Shown: positions 9,370 through 19,478, counted from the first letter of the stretch. The stretch is 40,124 bases of DNA from an uncultured Porphyromonadaceae bacterium (GCA_964457845.1 CAYWHP010000007.1:1349-41472); one strand, 5' to 3'. Numbers and translations are program-made. Notes: a model not told the origin generated them from the letters alone.

Positions 9370-10182
9370 TTATTCCAAAAAGGAATTCTTCTTGTGCATA
9401 TTATACAGGTACCGGTTTAGCAGGCCGGGAAAAAACTTTCCAAGGTAAATCCCTGCGATCTCGAATCCGCCATAGGTTATTTCCGCTTTATTCCGATGGA
9501 CCGCGTTCACCATTTTTTCTGCTAATTTCTCAGGTGCGATACCCTGCGCCTGCTTACGGCTCATTTTATTGAAACGCTGGCCGGACGGGGTAATGGCGTT
9601 AACCGAAACCTGCGTTTTAATGTAACCTGCACACACGATGGTTACCTTAATTCCATCGTCGGCCACTTCCTGGCGCATCGAATCGAAGAACCCATGCAGG
9701 GCATGCTTTGCAGCAGAGTAGGCCGACCGCTGCGGGGTGCCGATTTTACCCACAACGCTCGATGTTACCACAATATGTCCGGTTTTGCGGCTGGCCATGT
9801 GGGGCAGCACCGCTTTGGTAAGGGCCACCACGCTGAAGTAATCGAGATCCATCACCTTTTTGTCGATATCGATTGATGACTCCATCGCAAGCGCCCGGCT
9901 TGATATTCCCGCATTGTTAAAAAGGATATCAACTTTTCCAAACCTGGCTATCACTTTGTCAGTAAGGGCTTTTGCATTTTCGTACTGATACAGGTCGGCC
10001 GGCAGGATCATAATCGATTCGGCAGGAAGCCTGGTGAGGGTGGCAACACGTTTCAGCTCCTCCTCTCGCCTGGCCGTAAGTACAAGCCGGGCACCTTCCT
10101 GTGCGCAAACCATGGCCAGCGCCTCTCCGATTCCGGATGATGCACCTGTGATCCAGACGATTTTATCCTTGAGTGATTTCAT
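9370..10182 (-). CDS. Classical SDR oxidoreductase (DHRS7-like)
   Basis: WITGASSGIG, NNAG, catalytic YSAAK. Start chosen at MKSLKDK (10182). Confidence 0.9.
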   Translation of the reverse strand: MKSLKDKIVWITGASSGIGEALAMVCAQEGARLVLTARREEELKRVATLTRLPAESIMILPADLYQYENAKALTDKVIARFGKVDILFNNAGISSRALAMESSIDIDKKVMDLDYFSVVALTKAVLPHMASRKTGHIVVTSSVVGKIGTPQRSAYSAAKHALHGFFDSMRQEVADDGIKVTIVCAGYIKTQVSVNAITPSGQRFNKMSRKQAQGIAPEKLAEKMVNAVHRNKAEITYGGFEIAGIYLGKFFPGLLNRYLYNMHKKNSFLE

Positions 10183-10198
10183 CTTTCGATTATTTGCA

Positions 10199-10268
10199 CG
10201 AAAATAGCAATTCATTCCCAAGTATGGTTCAATAACGGTTATTCTGAAGGCCCCTCTTGTTATATTTG
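10199..10268. promoter_or_regulatory. Divergent Bacteroidota -7 boxes for the SDR (-) and VOC (+) genes
   Basis: TATATTTG on + at 10261-10268; near-consensus TATTTTCG on - at 10199-10206. Confidence 0.5.
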
Positions 10269-10292
10269 CCGGCCTGAATTATATTAAAAACC

Positions 10293-11360
10293 ATGAAAAA
10301 GATCAACGGAATCCAGCAGATAGGCATCGGGGTAAGCAATTTATACGAAGCCTGGAAATGGTACAAGCAAGTGTTTGGGATGGATGTCCGTGTTTTCGAG
10401 GATGATGCTGTGGCGGAGCTAATGCTTCCTTACACCGGAGGGGAGCCCCGCAAGCGGCATGCCGGCCTGGCGGTAAACATGCAGGGTGGAGGAGGGTTTG
10501 AAATCTGGCAGTACAAGGGCAGGATTCCCCAACCCGCGACATTTGCCATTCAGGCGGGTGACGTAGGCATTTATGCCGCCAAGGTCAAGTCAAAGGGAAT
10601 TCATGCCAGCTACAAGCATATTATTGAGGCCGGTGCCGAGGTTCCGGGCGGAATTGTTGCCGGACCCGACGGCCGGGAGCATTTCTTTGTCCGCGATCCT
10701 TTTGGGAACCTTTTTGATGTTGTGGAATCGGGCTCATGGTTTTCCGACGAGAAAAAACACGGAGGCGGAACGTATGGAGCAGTGATCGGGGTAGCTGATA
10801 TTGACAAATCACTGGCGGTTTATTCCGGCATTCTGGGATACGACCAGACGGTATACGATAAATCAGGCGTATTCGCCGACCTGGACAACCTTCCGGGAGG
10901 AAAAGGAAAATTCCGGCGTGTGCTGCTCAGCCATTCTGTGAAACCCACCGGCGGATTTACACGGCTTTTCGGGGAGAGCCGCATCGAGCTCATTCAGTCC
11001 CTTGACCGTAAACCGGAGCGCATATTCCGCGACAGATTGTGGGGCGACCTGGGGTTCATTCATCTCTGCTTTGATATTAACGGGATGTCGGATCTGAAAC
11101 GCGAGTGCGCCGAAAAGGGTTTTCCGTTTACCGTTGACAGTCATGCCAATCTGGGCGAATCCTTCGATATGGGTGAAGCTGCCGGACATTTCAGCTACAT
11201 CGAGGATCCCGACGGAACCCTTTTGGAATTCGTTGAAACCCATAAGGTACCTATCCTGAAGGCATTGGGGATATCGATCGACATGCGCAAAAGGGATCCT
11301 GAAAAAAACCTGCCCGACTGGCTGGTGAGGGGATTACGGTTTAATCGCTTCAAGGGTTGA
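10293..11360 (+). CDS. Two-domain VOC (glyoxalase/bleomycin-resistance/dioxygenase fold) protein
   Basis: IQQIGIGV, FFVRDPFGNLFDVVE and YIEDPDGTLLEFVE VOC motifs, HLCFD. Confidence 0.85.
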   Translation: MKKINGIQQIGIGVSNLYEAWKWYKQVFGMDVRVFEDDAVAELMLPYTGGEPRKRHAGLAVNMQGGGGFEIWQYKGRIPQPATFAIQAGDVGIYAAKVKSKGIHASYKHIIEAGAEVPGGIVAGPDGREHFFVRDPFGNLFDVVESGSWFSDEKKHGGGTYGAVIGVADIDKSLAVYSGILGYDQTVYDKSGVFADLDNLPGGKGKFRRVLLSHSVKPTGGFTRLFGESRIELIQSLDRKPERIFRDRLWGDLGFIHLCFDINGMSDLKRECAEKGFPFTVDSHANLGESFDMGEAAGHFSYIEDPDGTLLEFVETHKVPILKALGISIDMRKRDPEKNLPDWLVRGLRFNRFKG

Positions 11361-12051
11361 CTTCCGGCCCCTGCTTATAAAAATTCATCTCATCAAGGTA
11401 CTTCCATGCCTGTTCGGGCATGAAAAAGCGTACATCTTTCCCGGTTCGAATGGATTCGCGGATAAAGGTGCCGGAAACTTCCATCAGCGGTGCCTTTACC
11501 AGTGTTACCGACTGGTGATCCAGAAGAACGTGACGCGTGACGCGTGACGCGTGATGCGTAAGATCGCCTGAGGGGAATCCTGCGTCAGATTTTGTTTGGG
11601 TTTCCGTGTCACGTGTCACGCGTAACGCGTCACGATCTCCTTCATTGCGCGGATAAACCAATATCCTGTAATCCGCAAGGATCCGGTCGCTCTCCTTCCA
11701 CTCGTGGAATTTCGGAAGCTGGTCCTCACCCATGATAACAGTGAATTCCGTATCCGGGTATTCCCCGGATAGAAAATCAAGCGTATCAATGGTATACGAT
11801 GGTTTTGGCAGCTTAAACTCAACCGAGCTGACGCGGAACTTCGCATAATCCCCCACTGCCCGGATCAGCAGCTCGCGGCGGTGGTAATCGGCAAGGAGCT
11901 CTCCCTCCGGCTTGAAGGGGTTCCTTGGGCTGACCACAAACCACACCTGCCCGAGTCCGCTGAATTCCGCCACATAGTTGGCTATCATCAGGTGCCCGTT
12001 GTGAACCGGATTGAATGATCCGAAATAGAGCCCTACACGTTTACTTTTCAT
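11350..12051 (-). CDS. nadD: Nicotinate-nucleotide adenylyltransferase, with an in-frame repeat-derived insertion
   Basis: GSFNPVHNGH (HxGH), PSYTIDTL, IMGED..F..WK, VSGTFIR; follows gmk in the yicC-gmk-nadD order. Confidence 0.95.
   Translation of the reverse strand: MKSKRVGLYFGSFNPVHNGHLMIANYVAEFSGLGQVWFVVSPRNPFKPEGELLADYHRRELLIRAVGDYAKFRVSSVEFKLPKPSYTIDTLDFLSGEYPDTEFTVIMGEDQLPKFHEWKESDRILADYRILVYPRNEGDRDALRVTRDTETQTKSDAGFPSGDLTHHASRVTRHVLLDHQSVTLVKAPLMEVSGTFIRESIRTGKDVRFFMPEQAWKYLDEMNFYKQGPEVNP
11529..11634. repeat. Inverted pair of heptamer arrays (CGTGACG x3 + CGTGATG ... TGTCACG x2, CGTAACG, CGTCACG) inside nadD
   Basis: Left array 11529-11556 and right array 11607-11634 are approximate reverse complements, separated by a ~50-bp spacer. 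Confidence 0.9.
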
Positions 12052-12610
12052 TGAGGAAATCCCTGATCAGTTTTTCCGCCTCCTCCAGTGCGGTTTCGAG
12101 GCGGTCATTAACGATGATTTTATCGAAACTACTGGCTTTCTCCATCTCGATGAGCGCTTTGCCGAGTCGAAGCTCAATCTTTTCTGCTGAGTCAGTGGCC
12201 CGGTTAACCAATCGCTCCCGGAGTGCCGCCACCGACGGCGGGCTCACAAAAACGGTTAATGCCAGGTCGCCGCATAATCGCTTGATATTCATACCGCCAG
12301 CAACATCCACATCGAACAGGACGGAGTGTCCGTTCGCATGAATCCTGGCAACTTCTGAATTCAGGGTGCCATAAAAGTGGTCGGGATAAACCTCCTCCCA
12401 CTCGAAAAACTCGCCGGCAGCCACCCTTTTCCGGAACTCCTCAATGGTAATGAAGAAGTAATCCACTCCGTCGGTTTCGCCGGGCCGTTTTTCCCTGCTG
12501 CACGCGGTGACCGAAAACTCCAGACCAAGGCCCGCATTAAGCAGATGCCGCGCGATGGTCGTTTTCCCGGCTCCGGACGGCGCGGATAGTACGATGTATT
12601 TATGCGTCAT
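12041..12610 (-). CDS. gmk: Guanylate kinase
   Basis: SAPSGAGKTT P-loop, R.KRPGE.DGVDYFF, EWEEVY...YGT, FDVDV.G. Confidence 0.96.
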   Translation of the reverse strand: MTHKYIVLSAPSGAGKTTIARHLLNAGLGLEFSVTACSREKRPGETDGVDYFFITIEEFRKRVAAGEFFEWEEVYPDHFYGTLNSEVARIHANGHSVLFDVDVAGGMNIKRLCGDLALTVFVSPPSVAALRERLVNRATDSAEKIELRLGKALIEMEKASSFDKIIVNDRLETALEEAEKLIRDFLNEK

Positions 12611-13482
12611 AAAACGTTCATGCTCAGTTCTTTTATCTTCTCCAGCTCATCCTTCATCTCCACCACGATCCGTTGTATATCGGAATCATTGGCTTTTGAC
12701 CCGATGGTATTGATCTCCCTGCCGATCTCCTGCGAAATGAATCCCAGTTTCCGGCCGGGCGTCTCTTCGGTTGAAAGGGTTTCCATGAAGTATTCACAAT
12801 GGTTGCCAAGCCGAACCATCTCCTCGTTAATATCCAGTTTTTCAATGTAGTAGATCAATTCCTGCTCGAAGCGGTTCCGGTCAACGGTTACCTTTTCGCT
12901 GATCTCCTTGAGTGCATTCTCCATCCTGTCGCGAAGCCTTACCATTCTGTTCTTCTCGATGGACCTTACTTTGGCCACACCTTCCCTGATCAGACGTATC
13001 CGTGTGCCGAAATCCTCTTCCATCGAACGTCCCTCCTGCACGCGGAACTCCTCAACCTGCGTAACGGCCTGCTGGATACAACCGAAAATCTTCGACCATT
13101 CACCATCGTCAAAGTCCTGCTTGTCAACTTTAATTACATCCGGCAGCCGCATGACCATGGGCAGCAGAACATCCATGCCGGGCAGTTGCATCGCAGGCTC
13201 CAGCTGTTTCATCTGCTCGATATATTCCAGAATGATGCCCTGGTTAATCGAAACATTGCGCTCGTTGGCTGAGGCTTCGAACCAGACACTCAGCTCAACT
13301 TTACCGCGCTGCAGAATCCGGCTGAGTTCGTTCCTTACCTGATTTTCGCCTTCCCTGTAAATGGCAGGCAGCTTTATGTACAGGTCGGCCTGCTTACTGT
13401 TCAGGCACTTGATCTCCACGTTTGCCGTGCGGTTGCCCACATCAGCGGTAACTTTGCCGAATCCGGTCATCGATCTGATCAT
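12607..13482 (-). CDS. yicC: YicC/YloC family endoribonuclease
   Basis: MIRSMTGFG N-terminus; GRKLGFISQEIGREINTIGSKAN C-terminal motif; directly upstream of gmk. Confidence 0.93.
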   Translation of the reverse strand: MIRSMTGFGKVTADVGNRTANVEIKCLNSKQADLYIKLPAIYREGENQVRNELSRILQRGKVELSVWFEASANERNVSINQGIILEYIEQMKQLEPAMQLPGMDVLLPMVMRLPDVIKVDKQDFDDGEWSKIFGCIQQAVTQVEEFRVQEGRSMEEDFGTRIRLIREGVAKVRSIEKNRMVRLRDRMENALKEISEKVTVDRNRFEQELIYYIEKLDINEEMVRLGNHCEYFMETLSTEETPGRKLGFISQEIGREINTIGSKANDSDIQRIVVEMKDELEKIKELSMNVL

Positions 13483-13501
13483 AATTCACTTGTATTTAGG
13501 G

Positions 13502-13554
13502 CAAAGTTAGCAGAATGGGGCGATTCCCCCGTTACGGCGCGATGATTAACTTTG
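13502..13554. promoter_or_regulatory. Back-to-back -7 boxes (TAACTTTG on both strands) for the yicC operon and the A2M gene
   Basis: CAAAGTTA at 13502-13509 (TAACTTTG on -) and TAACTTTG at 13547-13554 on +. Confidence 0.65.
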
Positions 13555-13590
13555 GCAGGTGAATTGATACACCCTATGAAAAGTTCTGCC

Positions 13591-16500
13591 ATGAAACGGT
13601 TTTTATATATTCTGATCACAGTTGCCGGCTTAAGCCTGCTGGCTTCCCCCGTAACGGATCTCCCAATGGACAAGGTTGTCTGGGCAAGGATAGATTCGCT
13701 TGAATCACAGGGACTCTACCGTTCGGCACTGAAGCTTGCGGATCAGGTCTACCATGAGGCATCACGCCGGCTTGATCCACAGGAAGAGATAAGGGCGCTG
13801 ATTTACAGACTTAAGTATACACAGGAGCTGGAGGAGGATGGTCAGGAAGCTGCCATCAGTCTTCTTTCGGGCACTCTTCCCGATAACAGAATGGTGCCCG
13901 GTGCGCTTAAGCAGACGATGCTTGCAGAGCTTTATTACCGGTACTATTCGGCCAACCGCTGGCAACTTAGCCAGAACCCGCCGGAGGATGGCAATTCCGA
14001 CCGACCGATGAAAAACTGGTCGCCCGAGCGGTTTTACCGGGTTATCCTGGCTGCCTATGGACAATCCTTAGGCAATCCCGATCAGCTGGCAGGTGTCAGG
14101 GTAAGTTCACTGCCTGAATTGTGGACTGGCAGCCTTGCCGATACCGTTAACAGGCCTGCGCTGTATGATATGCTGATTGGTCGTGCCATTGAATTCATAC
14201 GCAATGCGCCGGCCGAGTTTTCACTTCCGGCGCTGCGCCCGGTGCAGCTCTGCACACCGGAGATGTTCGCTGAGCCCGGTGCTTTCTACCAGGCCGTTCA
14301 GCGAACGGTTGCCTCGGAAAATCCGTTCGATAAGGCAATTTTCTGGTACGGCGAGTGGCTTCACCGTACTCGTGGGGATGCCCTTGTGGCCGCCGATCTT
14401 CAGCGGCTGCACTTCGTGCTCGACCATTCCTGTCATGCCTCCCGCGACAGTCTTTATCAGGGTGCATTGCTTGGATGGAAGGATCGTCTGGGAAAGGACA
14501 GCTCCGCAGCAATGGTTTTTGAAGCGCTGGCACAATACCGACTCGATCGTGCCGGACTTTACCAGATCAACGATCCCGACACCCTCAAATACCGGAATGA
14601 TCGGACACTTGCCCGGGAATGGCTCAATCGCTCCCAGGAGTGGCCATCCACGAATGCTGCGAGGCGTTGCCTGAATACATTGAAGATGCTTCGGAATCCG
14701 GAATTGACCGCACTGGCTGAACCTTGCCAGGTGCCTGGTACCGCTTTTCCCGTCAGCCTCGAATACCGGAATATCGCCGACCTCTTTTACCGTGTGGTTA
14801 GAATGCCTGCGATGACCTTTTACACGAGCTGGAACGAGCTCCCGATGGAGGCGAGGATCGAACGGGTCAACCGTTCAGCGCCTGTTCGAACCGGTACCGT
14901 TCGCCTGCCCGACGATGGCATGATGAATCCCCACAGGATTCAGATGATCATGGATCCGCTGCCACCGGGCTTTTACCTGCTGGTTTTATCGCTCCAAAAG
15001 GATATTTTACCGGCCGGTACGCTCGTTACTTCGGTTCCCCTTCCCGTGAGCCGTACCATTTATCTCACCGGAGATGCTGGTACCGGTAAGCGGGAATTCT
15101 GGTTCCGCGATCGCGACAGCGGCGCGCCGCTCTCCGGTTTGTCTGTTGTTCCCTGGTACACACTCTATGATTCTGATGCCAGGCGACAGGTAACGGAAAA
15201 GGGAAGCCGCCGGAATGCCGGACTGAACGGGTACCTTGAGCTGGCCGACGGCGGGCCGGGACGCCTCGATCCAAATCCGAAAGCTTATCGGCTGGAAATT
15301 ACAGGTAACGGAGACACGCTTGTGACGCAGGAGATGTTTTATCCGGGTTATGTTCATGGCAAAGCAGTGAAGCGCACTGCCGCATCACTGTATACCGACC
15401 GGAGCCTCTACAAGCCGGGCGAGAAAGCCTTTTTCAGAGGCGTTCTCGTTGATTTTACCGGGGACTCTATGTCACCGCACAAGCGGGATTCGATTAAAAT
15501 TACACTGCAGGATCCCCGTTATCAGTCGGTAGCTGAGTTGATGCTGCCTGTCGACTATATGGGAGTCTTTCACGGTTCATTCCCCCTGCCGGCAAAAGGG
15601 CTGACGGGGCAATATATTTTACAGACAGCTTACGGTCAGGCCGTTGTGCAAATGGAGCAGTACAGGCGGCCTGCCTTCGCGGTTGAAATCCTGCCCGGGA
15701 AAGAAATCTGGCATCCCGGGGATAGCCTTTTGCTTCGCGGCCGTGTAACGGCCCTGTCGGGTGAGCCGGTAGCCGGTGCGGAGGTCATTGCTTCGATCGA
15801 CCTGCAGCCGGTAGGAGGCAGGATGCGCTGGATGCCCTTCAGCGACAGGAAGATCCGGATAATGGAGTTGAAATTGACGACATCAGCAGATGGTTTATTT
15901 GTATGTCGCTGGAAATCAATATCCGAGGCGAGTAATCCATTTGGGTCAGGCATTGGCATGCGCTACGGCGTGCAACTGACGGTGACCGATCTGAACGGGG
16001 AGTCGCATCAGGAGGAGAGTTTCCTGGACTGCGGCAAAGAGACGGTGAGCCTCACCCTCGGCCTGCCTGCCCGCATTGAAGAAGGCGACACACTGACCGG
16101 CAGTTGCCAGGCCTCCTCAAGCGACGGCAGAATCGTTTCCCTGCCGGTAAACCTTAAAATCAGCAAACTGACAGAGCCGCTCCGGTTCTTTTCGAAACCG
16201 TTACTGCCCGTGCCCGACCGGTTCCTTGTGAGCCGGAAAGAGTGGGAAAAGCGGGTGTCCACGCTCCCATACAGGGATGAGCATCTGCCCGAATCATGGC
16301 CGGAATCGGCCGCAGTGGTTGCCAGTTACTATGCTAATGATACATTGTCGGTTCTTGCGCTTAATCCTCACGGGGGATGGAACCCGGGCTGGTACAAGGC
16401 CGAGTTGTCGGCTGCCGACGCGAAGGCAGCAAAAAGCGTTGTTCGCTATTTCCGTGTTGAGGACCCTTCACCCTCGAGAATCGGAGAGGCGCAGGCTTTA

Positions 16501-19476
16501 ATGACCCATGGCACTAAAGGGGAGCTAAAGCCGGGTGAAAAGGTTGAACTGTTGTACGGCTCCGGCCGGAAAGGGTTTCTCTTGGTTGATCTTCGAAACC
16601 GGAAGGGGGTAGTTGGTTCGGGCTGGTATGCGTCTGACCGTAAACCGGCCGGCCTCTCCTGGAAGGTAACCGAAGCCTGGCAGGGTGGGGCGCTGATGCA
16701 TCTTTACGTGGTCCGTTCCAACCGAATCTATGAGGAGACGATCGCATTTGATGTGCCCTGGCAGAAATCAGCGCTTTCCGTAACCGGCCTAGAAAGGATC
16801 GGCACCGTTAAACCGGGCGATTCAGTTAAGCTGCAGCTCAGGATACTTGACACGGAAGGTAACCCTGTTCGTGCATCAATGGGAATCACTGTTTATGATG
16901 CCTCGCTCGACCGGATAAAAATGCACGCCTGGCCGGTCATCGCCCGACGGTCCTGGTATGGAGGGGCTCTTGCATTTACCGGACCGGGCCAGTTCGCCAA
17001 TGGTTCATTCAACCTGGCGGACCCGGTGCTCGGCCTGGTTGATATCCCGGAACCAGAGCCGCTTGGGCTGAACTGGTTTGGATTGGGATTTTATGGGATC
17101 AGTCAGATGAACGGTTCGATGGTAAAGATGGCAATGGCGCGGTCCGATGCGGCACCCGGAGGATTGCAGGAGCCTGAAGGGGCGGTGGTTTATTTTAGGG
17201 GGGATGCTGCAGGTGATACCGGAAAGGACAATCAAAGCGCTATACCTGTTAAGAAAGCAGAGAAGCCGGATGGCGGCATCGTGATACGGAGTGATTTCCG
17301 GGAGACGGCTTACTGGGCTGGAAATATCACGACTGATCTTAGCGGGGCTGCCTCAATCGGGTTTCGTGTTCCGGATGCCTTTACCGAATGGAAAGTGATG
17401 GTAACAGCTCTGGATGGAAGCCTTGCGACAGGCTACATCGATAAAACCTTCAGATCGGCAAAGGAACTCATGATCAGGCCCAATTTTCCTGAATTCATCA
17501 GGAAAGGCGATAGCCTTGATCTGGCGGCCCGGCTGGGCTGGTACGGCAAGGGCAGGGTAGAGACGGAAACTTCGCTGAGCCTTATTGACAGCATCGGAAA
17601 CAGGATGTTCGAATATCCTTCAGTCAGGTCGGAACTTGCATCGGGCAGTGTTGTGCCCTTTTACTGGAGCTTTAAGGCAGATAAAAGGGTTCCTGTTACC
17701 TGGATACTGAAGTCCGATGCTTCCGTTTCTTCCGACGGGATTTCGGATACCATAAGGGTACTGCCCGATGATGTCCGGTTGTGGGAAGCCCGGCCATTTT
17801 TCTTTGCCAAACCGGGGAAGAAGGTGCTGAAAGTTGGACCGAATCCGGAGGAGGCATACTTCGAAGTAACAACAACGCCTGTATGGCAGGTGCTGCAATC
17901 ACTTCCCGTGGTTTCCGGCAAGGAGCGTGATTGTTCGGAATACTGGTTCAGCAGGCTCTATCTGGCATCGCTGACCGGCGGGATTGCCGACAGGTTTCCG
18001 GCTGTCGCCGCACAATTTCTTAAGGACTCCGTGCCGGCCGACAGGAAAGCCTGGTTCAGGCAGATCGGCGAGTGGATGAATCCGCACTCCCGGGTGGTTG
18101 AAGTTTCCTATGTGATGGAAAAACTTTCTGATTTACAGAATCCCGACGGCAGCTGGCCCTGGTTCAGGGGCATGGGAACCGATCTGTTCATGACCCAGCA
18201 GCTAATTGCGGGATTTGGAGAGCTGAAATCATACGGGGTGTTTGATGTTACGGCAACCCAGCGCGGAAACTATATGCTGAATCAGGCGGTTGAAGCTATG
18301 GATACCTGGCTCTACAGGCAGTTCAGGGAGGTGATCCGGCAGGATTCCCTGCATCCGATGAAAGTTCACCTGAATCCGTTGATCATCCACTATCTATATG
18401 CCAGGAGCTTTTACCCGGGCTTGGCAATGGCTCCGGAAAATGAAATCGCATGGCTTCACTTCAGGGAGCGAATCCCATTGGAATGGACACAGCAAGAGCC
18501 CGGCTTGCAGGCTCTGCTGGCTATTGCGAGCATCCGGCTCGGGCGTGAGGGGGATGCCCTGCCTATCTACCGGTCGCTGCGGGAACGGGCCAAAACAGAT
18601 GAACAGTGGGGAATCTTCTGGCCACGCAAGGGCAGTTCATCCGGATGGTTCAACTGGGATATCTGGATGCAGTCGAGAATGACAGAGCTTTTTGCCAGCC
18701 TCGAGGAGGGCAGCAAGGAGCTCGATCAGGTAAGGTTGTACCTTATTCATCAGAAGCGGGGCCGGGACTGGGGCAACGGTATGGTTGCCGCCTGGGCCTG
18801 CAAATCACTGCTTTTCTATGGAAAGATTGAAAATCAGCCGGCATCGGTTGGTTTCACCTGGGGATCTGAAGAATTTTCACCGCTCCGGATTAAGACCGGC
18901 AGTCGCGGCGTGACCGGCTATTACCGTTTCAACTGGAAAAACAGGGAAGAGATTCCTGCTGCTCCGGTTGCCGAGGTGAGGATGACCGAAGGCGGACCCG
19001 CCTGGGGAACACTTTTTACACTGAGCAATTACCGGATCGATGATCTCTCCGCTTCGGAAGGACCGCTCTCCATTAAGCGCGAATTGCTTGTGCTGACAAA
19101 ACAGGGCAGCTGGTCGTTGATAGCTGCAGGAAACGTGCTGCGGGTTGGCGATGTCTTGCGTATCCGGCTGACAATCAGGTCCGATCGCGAATTGAGCTAT
19201 ATTCAGGTCAAGGATCAGCTGAGTGCGGGACTGATGCCGCTACAGGTGCTTTCGGGATACCAGTATCACACCGGGCTCTCCTGGTACCAGTCGCGGGAGC
19301 CGGAGGCAGTTGTCTGTTACGTTTCGCAGCTGCCGAAAGGTGAGAGCACCATCGAATACCAGGCTGTGGTGGAGCAGGCTGGAAATTATTCTGGGGGTTA
19401 TGCTGAGGCAGTCAGTCTCTATGCCCCTGAATTCAGGGCATGGTCGGGTTCTTCAAGGATCCGTGCGGGCCGGTAA
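13591..19476 (+). CDS. Bacterial alpha-2-macroglobulin family protein (MG2 domain)
   Basis: ~1960 aa with signal peptide; YTDRSLYKPGE (MG2), EQYRRPAFAV, IRSDFRETAYW, F.VPDAFTEWK, LQNPDGSWPWF, C-terminal YAPEF. Start at 13591 or 13576. Confidence 0.92.
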   Translation: MKRFLYILITVAGLSLLASPVTDLPMDKVVWARIDSLESQGLYRSALKLADQVYHEASRRLDPQEEIRALIYRLKYTQELEEDGQEAAISLLSGTLPDNRMVPGALKQTMLAELYYRYYSANRWQLSQNPPEDGNSDRPMKNWSPERFYRVILAAYGQSLGNPDQLAGVRVSSLPELWTGSLADTVNRPALYDMLIGRAIEFIRNAPAEFSLPALRPVQLCTPEMFAEPGAFYQAVQRTVASENPFDKAIFWYGEWLHRTRGDALVAADLQRLHFVLDHSCHASRDSLYQGALLGWKDRLGKDSSAAMVFEALAQYRLDRAGLYQINDPDTLKYRNDRTLAREWLNRSQEWPSTNAARRCLNTLKMLRNPELTALAEPCQVPGTAFPVSLEYRNIADLFYRVVRMPAMTFYTSWNELPMEARIERVNRSAPVRTGTVRLPDDGMMNPHRIQMIMDPLPPGFYLLVLSLQKDILPAGTLVTSVPLPVSRTIYLTGDAGTGKREFWFRDRDSGAPLSGLSVVPWYTLYDSDARRQVTEKGSRRNAGLNGYLELADGGPGRLDPNPKAYRLEITGNGDTLVTQEMFYPGYVHGKAVKRTAASLYTDRSLYKPGEKAFFRGVLVDFTGDSMSPHKRDSIKITLQDPRYQSVAELMLPVDYMGVFHGSFPLPAKGLTGQYILQTAYGQAVVQMEQYRRPAFAVEILPGKEIWHPGDSLLLRGRVTALSGEPVAGAEVIASIDLQPVGGRMRWMPFSDRKIRIMELKLTTSADGLFVCRWKSISEASNPFGSGIGMRYGVQLTVTDLNGESHQEESFLDCGKETVSLTLGLPARIEEGDTLTGSCQASSSDGRIVSLPVNLKISKLTEPLRFFSKPLLPVPDRFLVSRKEWEKRVSTLPYRDEHLPESWPESAAVVASYYANDTLSVLALNPHGGWNPGWYKAELSAADAKAAKSVVRYFRVEDPSPSRIGEAQALMTHGTKGELKPGEKVELLYGSGRKGFLLVDLRNRKGVVGSGWYASDRKPAGLSWKVTEAWQGGALMHLYVVRSNRIYEETIAFDVPWQKSALSVTGLERIGTVKPGDSVKLQLRILDTEGNPVRASMGITVYDASLDRIKMHAWPVIARRSWYGGALAFTGPGQFANGSFNLADPVLGLVDIPEPEPLGLNWFGLGFYGISQMNGSMVKMAMARSDAAPGGLQEPEGAVVYFRGDAAGDTGKDNQSAIPVKKAEKPDGGIVIRSDFRETAYWAGNITTDLSGAASIGFRVPDAFTEWKVMVTALDGSLATGYIDKTFRSAKELMIRPNFPEFIRKGDSLDLAARLGWYGKGRVETETSLSLIDSIGNRMFEYPSVRSELASGSVVPFYWSFKADKRVPVTWILKSDASVSSDGISDTIRVLPDDVRLWEARPFFFAKPGKKVLKVGPNPEEAYFEVTTTPVWQVLQSLPVVSGKERDCSEYWFSRLYLASLTGGIADRFPAVAAQFLKDSVPADRKAWFRQIGEWMNPHSRVVEVSYVMEKLSDLQNPDGSWPWFRGMGTDLFMTQQLIAGFGELKSYGVFDVTATQRGNYMLNQAVEAMDTWLYRQFREVIRQDSLHPMKVHLNPLIIHYLYARSFYPGLAMAPENEIAWLHFRERIPLEWTQQEPGLQALLAIASIRLGREGDALPIYRSLRERAKTDEQWGIFWPRKGSSSGWFNWDIWMQSRMTELFASLEEGSKELDQVRLYLIHQKRGRDWGNGMVAAWACKSLLFYGKIENQPASVGFTWGSEEFSPLRIKTGSRGVTGYYRFNWKNREEIPAAPVAEVRMTEGGPAWGTLFTLSNYRIDDLSASEGPLSIKRELLVLTKQGSWSLIAAGNVLRVGDVLRIRLTIRSDRELSYIQVKDQLSAGLMPLQVLSGYQYHTGLSWYQSREPEAVVCYVSQLPKGESTIEYQAVVEQAGNYSGGYAEAVSLYAPEFRAWSGSSRIRAGR

Positions 19477-19478
19477 TT

